A stretch of 64,000 nt of DNA from Promethearchaeota archaeon (lineage in GTDB: Archaea; Asgardarchaeota; Lokiarchaeia; Sigyniarchaeales; SOKP01): the NCBI GenBank assembly GCA_048938005.1, contig JBHLMQ010000003.1, positions 32,001 to 96,000 on the forward strand, written 5' to 3'. Below are positions 29,501 to 39,280 of this stretch, in pieces. Position 1 is the stretch's first letter, and each line of letters starts with the position of its first letter. Both the position numbers and the translations under genes were made by a program. Below the pieces are notes generated by a model that had not been told where the DNA came from, ran no database searches, and worked only from the letters and a program-made list of their open reading frames with translations.

Positions 29501-30532
29501 CCTTCATACGGGGATATAACTGGATATCTATCAATTTATTCTTATTCCTTCTACAATTCTAAAAAATCGGTTAATAAGACTTTAACATTCAATCCTAGTG
29601 TATTCAATACATACATCGAAAATTTTGATCCTGATATCACTGATCCCTCTGGATACGCTATTTTTTATATTATTCCTTTAAATTCTAACTATTTTAATCC
29701 AAATTCACCTAGATATCCATTTCAGATTATAAATAATCCCCCTGAAATATTGAAGCCAACCTCTGTTTTTAATTTTGATGGTAATTCTAATATTACTTTT
29801 GAGGATACACAAACTGACGGATATTCTTACTTTTATCGAGTTTCTCAAGGTAGTCGCTTTAATTTTTATGTAGACGTACAAGATTCTGTTAATTATGAAG
29901 ATGATAAATCTGATATGAGGGTATTCATAAATTTATTCATATTTTTCATAACAGATCTTGGATTCGGCATTTTTATTTTTCCAAGCTCTATTGAGGTTGA
30001 TGAATTATTTTATCAATTTTCTACAGATAAATATGAAGGTGTATTTGTTATTCCAGATTCAATGGAGTATAATACTATTACGGGGACTAAATCTATATCA
30101 ACAGTGTCTAAATATGATTCACTTACGGGCACGGGATTCATAGGAATCCTTTACATCACTGTATACGATAGTGAAGGAGAATCTGAATATTTTATTATTG
30201 GATTATTGATTTCTGAGCGCCCTATAAATTTATCTATGATTATTATTATTGTAATAGCCTTAATTGCTCTCATTGGAATTATAAGTATGTCAATTTATTA
30301 TACTAGAAGGAAAAAATATCCGAGAGTTTCACCATTTCAACAAGAATATCAGGAATATTACTACCCTCCATCTTATGAAGAACCAGAGGAAGAATCTTAT
30401 ATAACACCAGAACCTTTAGCCCCGCCAGGCGTTTCATTTTATTGCCCCTTCTGTGGAGAATTTATTAGAACTCCAAAGAAATTCTGTCCTCATTGTGGGG
30501 AATCTCTCCCTTTTAATCAACAAAATGAATAG
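26519..30532 (+). CDS. Membrane-anchored S8 subtilase (site-1 protease-like architecture) with cytoplasmic zinc ribbon
   Basis: IIDTG, HGTHVAG, SSGNSG, GTSMSCP; GATase-like/GIFT domain; TM; FYCPFCG..FCPHCG. Confidence 0.9.
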   Translation: MTKLKKKSNLLILTILFVAYFFIPMVGVQLINYSYYDKNLKSTIDLDSLPSSLSSQTDSNNFNSEVYNGIEGSKYDDLLKEFLLNQTLDQNNNLVDTKIIVLFEDYISKDNRITIIDSIFEDYKILSNYDIIPGVYLKIDYNQLIKNEDEIQGITAIKKIYKSKIYQLPYNTDDNLQLSALNKDDYSNWWLTAIGAENLTYDGTGVRVAIIDTGIYNHPDLTIINSSNFVSDEFTEDDVMGHGTHVAGIVGSDGGGSLGEYRGVAPGVQLINARALNSSGAAEEGDIVSAIQWSSKPTRLEGAGADIVSMSFGFVGGYPYISDSITQAITNAKNNFGVIFVSSSGNSGPEYFTGSTPASGIDVISVGATNESDNLASFSSWGPTFRYLGYPDVVAPGVNIISTEALDSIISKEEHYRGDFFDFSGDADYFPASGTSMSCPMVAGALAILLDAYPYLTPETARIALLEGARKLPNENDDDLLKSGAGIINVTASLNYLNSLGSDYNDTAKLYPDELPVKPYDLLHFPGDHQKFNLTVLSGKNNTYNFKISGDMQGITISLNKVNLNFSDSGIGFLEMELEIDKDATPGIRNFQLNLTNGGQVYDAVNITLDIRLPEYRILMESYHGLNDWFPEISFYQMGFYDAMVDLADFNISIDYDMEYWTPDYNKDLNNSILTEERLAQYDIVFLQNPILPYSPMEIDNLKKYFESGGNLLFLGTRYQDMVVDNINYLFSSLNVSIQVNEENVMNDNWLGIGATVSSQSVNNFSNSKIFKDVSQFIWYYGNSFTVSNDAESIATINSKTVTALYDGSSQDKGRFLAFGDLHWIFNQYKSNTYTQDHFNLLKNIMEFFLPPEEVSINIGLGKDRISNSNIDITVYLKNQTSESPITSMDSLNMIIKNETESYSTLITLNTTLSDKGIYFNDSFNIPHPSYSPYSIELNLTIGSNTYSKNTKILYFDQMEVPKIIDLSTDDDTPITRAPSGIGNSINLIAELDNPSYGDITGYLSIYSYSFYNSKKSVNKTLTFNPSVFNTYIENFDPDITDPSGYAIFYIIPLNSNYFNPNSPRYPFQIINNPPEILKPTSVFNFDGNSNITFEDTQTDGYSYFYRVSQGSRFNFYVDVQDSVNYEDDKSDMRVFINLFIFFITDLGFGIFIFPSSIEVDELFYQFSTDKYEGVFVIPDSMEYNTITGTKSISTVSKYDSLTGTGFIGILYITVYDSEGESEYFIIGLLISERPINLSMIIIIVIALIALIGIISMSIYYTRRKKYPRVSPFQQEYQEYYYPPSYEEPEEESYITPEPLAPPGVSFYCPFCGEFIRTPKKFCPHCGESLPFNQQNE

Positions 30533-30560
30533 GTGATTTTTTCCCCTAATACTGAGATAT

Positions 30561-31289
30561 TTATTTCTTTTTAAAGATAGTTAGCACGTTTCCATCTTCT
30601 AATCCAATATAAGCTTTAGAAGCCATTCCAATAAATAAGCCTGTATCAACAATCCCAGGAATAGGCAATATCTTTTTGTTTAGTTTGTTAGGATTATCTA
30701 TTTCACCAAAATCTACATCTATAATGAAGTTCCCGTTATCTGTAATTAAAGGACCACTCTTTGACTGAGCCATCCGAAGAACTGGATTTCCCCCTAAATT
30801 TTTAAATTTTTTAATTATTGGAAAATAAGCCATGGGAATTACTTCGATAGGAATTCCATTTTTCCAATTCATACCCAATTTTTCCGAATTTTTTCTGAAA
30901 TCTACAATAATAATAATTTCTTTTGAGTTAGAAGCAAGAATTTTCTCTTGAACTAAGCAACCACCCCCACCTTTAATTAAATTAAGTTCTTTGTCTATCT
31001 CATCGGCACCATCAAAATCTAAATCAATTTCTGGGTGTTGCTCTAAAGATACTAACTCTAATCCATTCTCAATAATTAGTTGAGATGCTTGAAATGAGCT
31101 TGGAATGCATTTTAAATTTAAAGATTTTTCTTTATTTAATTCTCCTAATCTTTTTACAGCATATACTACAGTTGATCCACTGCCAATTCCAATGATCATA
31201 TTCTTTTTAACATTTTCTTCCACGGCTTTTTTAGCAGCATTCTTTTTTCCTAATTCAATTAAATTTTCAGTCAATTTTTTTCCCTCCAA
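30561..31289 (-). CDS. rpiA: Ribose-5-phosphate isomerase A
   Basis: GIGSGST, DGADE, KGGGG..QEK, TDNGN. Confidence 0.96.
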   Translation of the reverse strand: MEGKKLTENLIELGKKNAAKKAVEENVKKNMIIGIGSGSTVVYAVKRLGELNKEKSLNLKCIPSSFQASQLIIENGLELVSLEQHPEIDLDFDGADEIDKELNLIKGGGGCLVQEKILASNSKEIIIIVDFRKNSEKLGMNWKNGIPIEVIPMAYFPIIKKFKNLGGNPVLRMAQSKSGPLITDNGNFIIDVDFGEIDNPNKLNKKILPIPGIVDTGLFIGMASKAYIGLEDGNVLTIFKKK

Positions 31290-31290
31290 T

Positions 31291-31698
31291 TTATTTATTT
31301 AATAAATTAAGGATTCGGATTGCTAAATAGGCAGCATTTTCTCCACGATCTACACCAACACATGCAACAGGTACGCCAGGTGGCATTTGTACAATCGATA
31401 ACAAAGCATCTATTCCACCTAGTTTTGCACTAACCGGAACGCCAATTACGGGTTTATCTGTTTTTGATGCAATAACACCAGGTAAAGCAGCAGATAATCC
31501 TGCAACAGCTATATAAACTAATGAATGACAATTCTTAATATAATTATCTAATTCTTCTGGATCTCTGTGCGCTGAGATAATTTTTAACTCATATGAAATT
31601 TTATTTTCTTTTAGAACTCTCTCTGTTTTCTCATATACTTCTTTATCAGAAGTACTACCCGCGACAATTGAAACTAAAGTTTTATTAGGACTAGACAT
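31291..31698 (-). CDS. purE: N5-CAIR mutase / AIR carboxylase family
   Basis: [27 protein letters not shown]. Confidence 0.95.
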   Translation of the reverse strand: MSSPNKTLVSIVAGSTSDKEVYEKTERVLKENKISYELKIISAHRDPEELDNYIKNCHSLVYIAVAGLSAALPGVIASKTDKPVIGVPVSAKLGGIDALLSIVQMPPGVPVACVGVDRGENAAYLAIRILNLLNK

Positions 31699-31862
31699 AA
31701 TTAATCTAACTTATTGAAAAATAAAAAGTATTTTAATAGGTTCTTAATATCAATAATAAATTTTCTGAAAAGGAATGTTTAATTATCAAAAATTTTAATA
31801 AATTTTTTTAATTCCATAAGTTAATATTTAAAAATTGAATATTATTTTAAAAAAAGTTAAGA

Positions 31863-33158
31863 GTGATATCTAAAATGGAATTGAAAGAAGTTTGGTTGAT
31901 AGATTATGCTAGGACTGCTTTCTCTCGATCGAGACCACGTCAACCCGAAAGAGATGTATTTAGTGAAATTAGAGGAGATGAGCTTCTTGCTACGCTATTA
32001 ATGAAATTCTTTGATGAAAAGCTTGCAGATAAAGCAATTGAAAAGAAGGAAATAGATGAATTTACTGTTGGAACTGCAATGGGTGTCTATGAAGCTTGGA
32101 CTTATGGAGGAAGAATCCCATTATTTTTAGCAGAATTTCCTCCCACGGTACCTGCCATGTTTGTGGATAGACAATGTGGTTCTGCTGGCTCTGGAATGCA
32201 TGTTGGGATTATGGAAATTATGACGGGTAATAGTAAAATCTGTTTAGCTGGTGGCGTTGAACATATGACTCGAATACCAATGCAGAATGATTGGATTCGT
32301 CCAAACTTAAAAATGATCAATAAGAAAAGCGAATGGTATCGACCACAATATGATTTCGTAACAACAATTAATATGATTCAAACCGCTCAAAAACTTTATG
32401 AAGAGGAAGTTCCTGTTTTTACAAAGGAAGATATAGATAAATTTGGAGTTAGAAGTCATAATTTAACAGTGAAATATACTGAAGAAGGGTGGTTTAAGGG
32501 TGAAATCGTTCCTATTGAGGGTCATGTTGAAGGTAATGTAGAAGAACCAATGATGATTGATAGAGACATGGCAGCACGAAAGTCCACTTTGGAAGGTGTA
32601 GCTGGACTACGTCGACTTTCGAACCCATTTTACCTGAAGAAAAATGGAGGTAGAGCGGGATATGAAGAAAGAGAAGGGACTAGTGAAGGAGTAATAACTG
32701 CTGGGAATTCTTCCCCACTGAATGCAGGTGCTACCACTTGTTTATTAATGGAAGCAAAAGAAGCAGAAAAAAGAGGACTTGAGCCATTAGCGAGGATTGT
32801 ATCAATTGGTTGGGCAGCCGTAGATCCAAGTGTTATGGGTCGAGGTCCAGTTCCAGCCTCTCAAAAAGCATTAGATTATGCTGGTTTAACTGTTGACGAT
32901 ATTGATTATTGGGAAATAAATGAAGCATTCACTATTGTTACGCTTAACTGCATGAAGGCTCTCAACATCCCTGAAGAAAAAGTTAATATCATGGGAGGAG
33001 CTACAGCAATAGGGCATCCCTTAGGTGCAACAATGATAAGATTACCAGGCACCCTTGCTCGTATTTTAAAAGATAAAAAAGCTAAGTATGGAGTTGCAAA
33101 CGCCTGTGTCGGTGGTGGGCAAGGTGTTGCAACAATATTAGAGAATATGGATGCCTAA
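31863..33158 (+). CDS. Acetyl-CoA C-acyltransferase (thiolase)
   Basis: DRQCGS, EINEAF, GHPLGAT, CVGGGQG. Confidence 0.96.
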   Translation: MISKMELKEVWLIDYARTAFSRSRPRQPERDVFSEIRGDELLATLLMKFFDEKLADKAIEKKEIDEFTVGTAMGVYEAWTYGGRIPLFLAEFPPTVPAMFVDRQCGSAGSGMHVGIMEIMTGNSKICLAGGVEHMTRIPMQNDWIRPNLKMINKKSEWYRPQYDFVTTINMIQTAQKLYEEEVPVFTKEDIDKFGVRSHNLTVKYTEEGWFKGEIVPIEGHVEGNVEEPMMIDRDMAARKSTLEGVAGLRRLSNPFYLKKNGGRAGYEEREGTSEGVITAGNSSPLNAGATTCLLMEAKEAEKRGLEPLARIVSIGWAAVDPSVMGRGPVPASQKALDYAGLTVDDIDYWEINEAFTIVTLNCMKALNIPEEKVNIMGGATAIGHPLGATMIRLPGTLARILKDKKAKYGVANACVGGGQGVATILENMDA

Positions 33159-33194
33159 AACTTATTAAAATAAATTTTATATTACATTCTTTAC

Positions 33195-33230
33195 ATTTTT
33201 TTTGTTTTTTTTTATATTATTTTTTTTTCT
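33195..33230 (+). terminator. Oligo-T tract after thiolase (archaeal-type terminator)
   Basis: Several consecutive T runs about 40 nt past the stop codon. Confidence 0.45.
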
Positions 33231-33349
33231 AGTGTCATCCAACCTGGAAAAATAAAATCCTTTAGATAAATCTGCCTTCTGCGAAATATTTAAATATTAA
33301 CGAATAACAAATTAACTTACAAAAAAATTAAATTTGAAGTGAAATCAAA

Positions 33350-33556
33350 ATGCCAGTTTATAAAAGTATTCAGTTAGTTGGAACCTCTGATAAAAATTGG
33401 GCTGATGCGGTTAAAAATTGTTATGATGAAGCAAAAAAGAGTCTCCGTGGTATTCGAAACATCCAAATTATTGAATCTGACGTAAAAGTTAAAGAAGACA
33501 TTGATAAATTAATTTATAGGGTAAGAGTTCAAGTTAACTTTCAATTAGAAAGGTAA
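33350..33556 (+). CDS. Dodecin
   Basis: VYKSIQLVGTSDKNWADAV..YRVRVQVNF, 68 aa. Confidence 0.92.
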   Translation: MPVYKSIQLVGTSDKNWADAVKNCYDEAKKSLRGIRNIQIIESDVKVKEDIDKLIYRVRVQVNFQLER

Positions 33557-33616
33557 ATTATTAATCAATTCTTTATTTTTTTTCCTTTTCCTAAATTTTA
33601 GCTATATGCCATAATT

Positions 33617-34141
33617 TCATTTAATTCTCATTCTTTTTAATTCATTTAATTTCTGTCTTATTTGAGATTGTGCTACTAATGCATAAGTAAAATTAGGATC
33701 AATTTCTAATGCATGTTCATAGTTTTTTAAAGCTTCCTCGTAATTTTCTATTGCTTCATAAATTAATCCTAAATTGTAAAAACAATATTTATAATCAGGT
33801 TTAATTTTTAGTGCTGTTTCCAAAGAATTCTTAGCATTTTCCATTTCGCCTAAATTGTAATAAGCAATACCTAGATTATAATGAGCTCTATAATTATTAG
33901 AACTTAGATCAGTAATTCTTTTAAATATTTTTAGGGCTTTTTGGTATTTTTGAGTATAATAATCATTAAGGTACCCCCCATAATCAAATAAAGTCTCAAT
34001 TAAAATATTTTTTATCTCTTCAGAATTAGGAAACTTTTCATATAATTGATCTAAAATTTCTAAAGCTTCTTCGAAATTTTCTTGTTTCTTTAAAGTTTTT
34101 GCCTTTTTAATAAGATCTGTGGCATTATTTGAACTTTTCAT
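33617..34141 (-). CDS. TPR-repeat protein
   Basis: AHYNLGIAYYNLG..ALKIKP; FYNLGLIY..ALEIDP. Confidence 0.9.
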   Translation of the reverse strand: MKSSNNATDLIKKAKTLKKQENFEEALEILDQLYEKFPNSEEIKNILIETLFDYGGYLNDYYTQKYQKALKIFKRITDLSSNNYRAHYNLGIAYYNLGEMENAKNSLETALKIKPDYKYCFYNLGLIYEAIENYEEALKNYEHALEIDPNFTYALVAQSQIRQKLNELKRMRIK

Positions 34142-34191
34142 GACATATATTCACATTCTTAGTAAATACAGAGAAAAGATATAAATAGGAA

Positions 34192-34680
34192 TTAAATTTC
34201 ATTTTCATACCAAATGTTTTGAGATTTTTTAACCCCAAGCTTTAGGAAAAGACTTCTTAAAGCTCCGTCTGAATCTGGACATATAAAATATACTTTATCT
34301 ATTTTTAACGTTCTCTTAACATATAATTGTAGCTCTCGAATAATTTTTTCTTCAATTCCTTTTTTAAAAGAATCTTCTTTTTTAGTCATAACTTGATGAA
34401 TTAATACTCTATCATTTCCTAAATAGTCCCTAAATAAGGTATAAGTTCCAAAACCTAAGATTTTCCCATCTTCCTTGGCTACAACCATAGAGTTTCGATA
34501 TTGAAGGTCAAGAGCCCTCCGATTTAATTCTTCCTCAAACTTTTCCCAATGAGAGAAGAAATAAGACTTGATCGAGATAAAATCTTTAAACAATTCCTTC
34601 AATGCTTCTTTGTCAACCCTGGGGTCATACCTGTCGATTATAATCAAACTTTTCACCGTAGAAATATTGATATTTAACAA
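34192..34680 (-). CDS. GNAT-fold protein
   Basis: MVVAKEDGKILGF..KKGI..LFLKLG pattern. Confidence 0.65.
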   Translation of the reverse strand: MLNINISTVKSLIIIDRYDPRVDKEALKELFKDFISIKSYFFSHWEKFEEELNRRALDLQYRNSMVVAKEDGKILGFGTYTLFRDYLGNDRVLIHQVMTKKEDSFKKGIEEKIIRELQLYVKRTLKIDKVYFICPDSDGALRSLFLKLGVKKSQNIWYENEI

Positions 34681-34741
34681 AATATCTATTCTTTAATAAA
34701 AATTATTTTTTAAAACTAAGAATAATTTAAAATGATAAATT

Positions 34742-35257
34742 ATGAGCCGTAAGATTAATAAGAAACCTTTCTCAATTCCTTTAAAGAAATTAAGAGAAGA
34801 TACTTTAATCCCAAAACCATCAAAACCAGGAGATGCTGGTGCTGATGCTCGAATTATGGGCTTTAAGAAGATAATTCATGAAAATGATAAAAAAGAATTA
34901 ATCGAAATTGATAAGGATGTTTATACATTAAAACCACTTGAGAGAATTGGATGTTCATTAGGTTTTTCAACTGCTATACCAGATGGTTATTATTTTAAAG
35001 TTGTACCCAGAAGTGGATTAGCTTTATGGGATGGTCTTTCTATTATGAATTCTCCCGGCACCATCGATTCAGGATACAGAAATGAGTGGATGGCAATAAT
35101 AGTCAACTTATCCAATAAAGAGGTTAAATTGAAAAAAGGAGAAAGAATTTGCCAAATCATCTTATCTAAAATGTATAGTTATGAATTTAATGAAACAGAT
35201 AATCTAAATGAATCAGAACGTGGACAAGGAGGATTCGGGAGCACAGGGAAAGAGTAG
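34742..35257 (+). CDS. dut: Trimeric dUTPase
   Basis: GDAGAD, PRSG, GTIDSGYR, ERICQ, RGQGGFGSTG. Confidence 0.95.
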   Translation: MSRKINKKPFSIPLKKLREDTLIPKPSKPGDAGADARIMGFKKIIHENDKKELIEIDKDVYTLKPLERIGCSLGFSTAIPDGYYFKVVPRSGLALWDGLSIMNSPGTIDSGYRNEWMAIIVNLSNKEVKLKKGERICQIILSKMYSYEFNETDNLNESERGQGGFGSTGKE

Positions 35258-35297
35258 ATATGAAATTATTTATATCATTAAAAGGAAAAATCATATT

Positions 35298-35406
35298 ATG
35301 TCTGAGTTACCTCGTCAAGAATTATTCATGATTGAGGAATTAAAAGAAAATAGATGTGAAATGAGTTAAAAGGAATTGTAAGCGCTTTGTAAGGAAAAAT
35401 TTGAAG
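35298..35406 (+). pseudogene. Decayed remnant of a small (possibly wHTH-like) gene
   Basis: MSELPRQELFMIEELKENRCEMS*KEL*ALCKEKFE: protein-like frame with two TAA stops. Confidence 0.45.
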
Positions 35407-35489
35407 TTAAGATTTCATAAATTTCTCAATCGTAAACCTTATGTTATTTTTTTAATTTTCTTTGATAATATTCGGGTTTAAAATATATT

Positions 35490-37013
35490 ATGAGTGAAAA
35501 TAATACAGGATCCGCCAAAGATAATTTTATTGAACAAATTCTAAATCCCCAGAGTATCTGTGTTTTTGGTGCTAATAATAATCTTATGACTACAATGGGC
35601 TCAATGCAACTCAGAAATATTATAGCTGGCGGTGGATTTAATGGAAATTTATACCCCGTGCATCCAAGATTGGAAAAAGTTCAAGGAATTCAAGCTTATA
35701 AATCTATATTCAATATTCCAATAATACCAGATTTAGCATTTATTATATTGCCAACTAGAATTGTACCACAAATTATGGAAGAATGTGGTCAAAAGGGTGT
35801 AAAGCATTTAATTATTACATCGGGTGGCTTTCGAGAAAGTGGATCCGAAGGAATAGAATTATCTAAACAAATTGACGAAATAGCTAAAAAATATAATATG
35901 AGATTCATTGGCCCTAACTGTCTAGGTGTATATAATGGATGGTATGGTTATCCTGATAAAAAAGACGCATATTTTAACACTTTTTGGATTTATCTCCCTC
36001 ATAAACGAGGAAATATTTCTATTATTAGTCAATCTGGTACTGTTGCTGCTCAAACTGCTTTTTATACGAATGATCTCGGAATAAAAATAGGAAAATCTAT
36101 CTCTGTAGGCAATGAAAGAAATATAGATTTAGTAGATGTATTGCAATATTTTAAAAATGATCCTCTTACTGAAGTAATTGGACTCTATATCGAAGAAATT
36201 AAACAAGGAAGGAATTTCATTGAATTAGTAAAAGAAATAACTCCTAAAAAACCTGTAGTTGCAATTTATGCTGGAGGTACAAAAGCAGCAGCAAGATCTA
36301 TAATGAGCCATACAGGTTCAATTAGTGCTGACAATAAAATTTATAAAGCTATATTTAAAGAAACAGGTATAATTTCTACTAATTCTATTATGGATTTCTT
36401 GTATTATCTTAGAACTTTATCACAAGCACAATCTTATAAAATCTTTCCAAAAGGCAATAGAGTAGGAATTATAACTGATTCTGGAGGTCCCGGTGCTATG
36501 ATGACTAAAACTGCCGAATTATATGGATTAGAGGTACCAGAATTTTCACAAGAATTACAATCGGAAATTAAAAGAGAAATTCCTAAAACAGCAAGCTCAG
36601 TGAATCCTATCGACATTACTTTTCATGAAAACTTCATGAATATGTTTACAAAATTTCCAAAATTATTAATAAAATCTCACGAAGTCGATGCAATTATAGT
36701 ATTTGGAGTTTATGATTTTGATGATATAATGAATGTTATTGAGAAATCAGGGATGAAATTTGATGAAAATATGATTAATATGAGAGATATTTTTGAAAAT
36801 CTTGTTCTAAAATCTATAAAAAGATTAATGCAAAAATTTTCAATACCAATATTTTTTGCTGGGCCATACCCTTATAGATATCCTTGGATGCAGAAATTCA
36901 TAGAACATGATATTCCTATTTTTAGTATGTGGGATGATATAACTAAATGCCTTAATATTTTATGTCAATATACTGAATATCGGAACAAAATGAATCTAAA
37001 ATTTAAAGAATGA
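35490..37013 (+). CDS. NDP-forming acyl-CoA synthetase, alpha subunit-like (CoA-binding)
   Basis: LNPQSICVFGA, IGPNCLG, ISQSG, SHTGS phospho-His, NPIDI. Confidence 0.92.
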   Translation: MSENNTGSAKDNFIEQILNPQSICVFGANNNLMTTMGSMQLRNIIAGGGFNGNLYPVHPRLEKVQGIQAYKSIFNIPIIPDLAFIILPTRIVPQIMEECGQKGVKHLIITSGGFRESGSEGIELSKQIDEIAKKYNMRFIGPNCLGVYNGWYGYPDKKDAYFNTFWIYLPHKRGNISIISQSGTVAAQTAFYTNDLGIKIGKSISVGNERNIDLVDVLQYFKNDPLTEVIGLYIEEIKQGRNFIELVKEITPKKPVVAIYAGGTKAAARSIMSHTGSISADNKIYKAIFKETGIISTNSIMDFLYYLRTLSQAQSYKIFPKGNRVGIITDSGGPGAMMTKTAELYGLEVPEFSQELQSEIKREIPKTASSVNPIDITFHENFMNMFTKFPKLLIKSHEVDAIIVFGVYDFDDIMNVIEKSGMKFDENMINMRDIFENLVLKSIKRLMQKFSIPIFFAGPYPYRYPWMQKFIEHDIPIFSMWDDITKCLNILCQYTEYRNKMNLKFKE

Positions 37014-37141
37014 AGATTTAAGTTGTAATAATTCTATTGATTTCACTAATTATATATATAAATTTTATCTATAATTATTAGAATACTTTAAAAAGAAATT
37101 TTAGATAATTGAGAATGTAATAACATAAATGTGAGTTTTTT

Positions 37142-38140
37142 TTGTCTCTAGAATTTATTAATCCTCCATCAGCGATATTAGCTTCCGGATCTAAATTAGG
37201 TGTTGAACTTGGAGGAAGTAAAAGCATCATAAGTATTGACGCATTCCATAATTTATATTCTGAAGGGTTAATCTTTAGCGAACTCAGTTGGGGCGCTTTC
37301 TATCAAGAAGAAGGTTTAGAAGATCAAATTGACACATTTGAAACAAAGGAATTTGATTCTATTAGGGAGGATCCTGAAGCTTTAATTAAAACAATTGTAG
37401 AAACCATATACAATATTATAAATAATGAAAAACTCTTTTATGGTATTGCTGATTTTGAAGTAGACGCCTTTCTTAATCAAAATACTGTTATTCCTGGTCT
37501 TAAATTAGATTATGATATTATAAATAAATTATTAGAAGCTCATAAAAAGACAAGGAATAAAGATTTATTTCCAAAACTCGTGTCCAATGCAAAAGGAGCA
37601 CATAGAATAAAAGTAGAATTTCAAGGAAAGAAAAAAAAGAATCTTCATCTTAAAGGAAATAAGTTAGAAGATTTAGCAAATATTTTAAGATTTGCTAATG
37701 GATTTGCTACAGGTATTGTCTGTACTTCTCGAGGTGCCGCAAACCTCTATGTCTTAAGTGATAATATTGTTTTTGAAGAAGATATAATACCGGATCTTCA
37801 TATTGATGAAGATAATTTAGCAATAATTGAGCTCGGTATTCAAAGAGAGTTGCTGTTTCCAATTAGTTGGTTTAGAATCGATTTAGGGATTAAATCATTA
37901 GAAACATTAGAACTCTGGGATAAAATTAAAGATAATGCTAAATTAAGTAAAGCATTAGAACGGTATGAGAAATATGTCACAAGTTTAGTCTATAAAAAGT
38001 TTAAATTTATGGCTTCAACAGAGCAGATAGGTACCGATTTTGAAGAGGATTTTTATGAAATGAGTCCAGCTGAAAGAAGAAAAGCTCTTAGAGATATGGC
38101 CGAAGCAATAAGAAAATTAACCGATGAATATAAAAAATAG
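37142..38140 (+). CDS. Hypothetical protein
   Basis: 332-aa ORF with TTG start; no motif recognised. Confidence 0.75.
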   Translation: MSLEFINPPSAILASGSKLGVELGGSKSIISIDAFHNLYSEGLIFSELSWGAFYQEEGLEDQIDTFETKEFDSIREDPEALIKTIVETIYNIINNEKLFYGIADFEVDAFLNQNTVIPGLKLDYDIINKLLEAHKKTRNKDLFPKLVSNAKGAHRIKVEFQGKKKKNLHLKGNKLEDLANILRFANGFATGIVCTSRGAANLYVLSDNIVFEEDIIPDLHIDEDNLAIIELGIQRELLFPISWFRIDLGIKSLETLELWDKIKDNAKLSKALERYEKYVTSLVYKKFKFMASTEQIGTDFEEDFYEMSPAERRKALRDMAEAIRKLTDEYKK

Positions 38141-38144
38141 AGTT

Positions 38145-38453
38145 CTACTTCTCTTTTAGAATTCTTGGAGCCTTGAAATAACCATTTTTTGTATGTTTAG
38201 CATTCTTTAAAGCTTCTTCATTAGATAGGGATTCCCAAGGCTCATCTTCTCTAAAAACGTTCTTTAAACCTTCTATTGGATGGGTCATTGGCTTAACATT
38301 ACCGGTATCAATATCTTCTAACTTCTTGAAATAATTAAGAATATCACCTAATTCTTTAGATAATTTATCTTTTTCTTCATCAGATAAATCTAATAAAGCT
38401 AATTTTGATATGTGATCAATAGTATCTTTTGATAATTCTCCGTTCTTAGTCAT
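38145..38453 (-). CDS. gatC: Asp-tRNA(Asn)/Glu-tRNA(Gln) amidotransferase subunit C
   Basis: HISKLALLDL, NVFRED, NA..GYFKAPRI. Confidence 0.95.
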   Translation of the reverse strand: MTKNGELSKDTIDHISKLALLDLSDEEKDKLSKELGDILNYFKKLEDIDTGNVKPMTHPIEGLKNVFREDEPWESLSNEEALKNAKHTKNGYFKAPRILKEK

Positions 38454-38569
38454 AACTTAACTCATTAAATTATAGTCTTATAAAATAATTAAGCTTGATT
38501 ATATTAGATTTACAAAAATTAGGAATAAAAGTTAAATAAATAAATTTAAATATTTTATAGACACTATAT

Positions 38570-38593
38570 CAGTAACTGGTAGTCCAGTTACTG
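38570..38593. promoter_or_regulatory. Perfect palindrome, probable PadR operator
   Basis: CAGTAACTGG-TAGT-CCAGTTACTG about 40 nt upstream of the PadR ATG. Confidence 0.7.
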
Positions 38594-38634
38594 GTACTTT
38601 TTGATTTTATGTAAAATTCAGAGATTTATCTTCC

Positions 38635-39258
38635 ATGGTTGAAAATTATCACAAAAATTTTGAAAAAGTATTGAAAAAAAACTTTACCAATATTTTTGTC
38701 CTTACTATTATTGAAAAAGAACCTTCTCATGGTTATAAGATAGGTAATGAAATAGAAAAGCGGACTTTAGGAATGTGGAAACCATCTGCATCGACACTTT
38801 ATTGGATATTAAATAACCTAAGGGAAAAAGGATTCATAAGACTCATTAAAGAAGATAAAAACAAAAAAATCTATCAAATTACAGATACAGGTAGAGAAAC
38901 CTTGAAATTAATGAAATTAACTCAGCGTAAGGTAAGAAAATCATATCGTCGTTTTCTATCAACATCTATAGTAGATAATGGTTCAGTTAATGAAGAGGAG
39001 CTCGAGCACTTTGATGATGTTCCAAGTATTCAGATGTTACCAACTGCTCTGAGACCAGATAGATTTAATGGGGATTTAACACTATCAGAGAAACTGTACC
39101 TTTTAGAAACTCAAAGAGCATCAATAATAGAAAATCGCGATAGAATGAATGACTACATCAAAGATTTCGATGAAACAATTTTAAAAATTAAAATTGAACT
39201 GGATAATGAGGAGAAGAAATCTCAACCAGGAAAATTTAGAAAAAATGAAAGACAATGA
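38635..39258 (+). CDS. PadR-family transcriptional regulator
   Basis: PSHGYKI..WKPSASTLY..KKIYQITDTG. Confidence 0.92.
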   Translation: MVENYHKNFEKVLKKNFTNIFVLTIIEKEPSHGYKIGNEIEKRTLGMWKPSASTLYWILNNLREKGFIRLIKEDKNKKIYQITDTGRETLKLMKLTQRKVRKSYRRFLSTSIVDNGSVNEEELEHFDDVPSIQMLPTALRPDRFNGDLTLSEKLYLLETQRASIIENRDRMNDYIKDFDETILKIKIELDNEEKKSQPGKFRKNERQ

Positions 39259-39280
39259 TTAAAAACGAGTTGATATAAAA

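Noticed and set aside
24575-30532. Integrated mobile element at tRNA-Ala
   Set aside because: No integrase and no duplicated tRNA 3' end (att site) noticed
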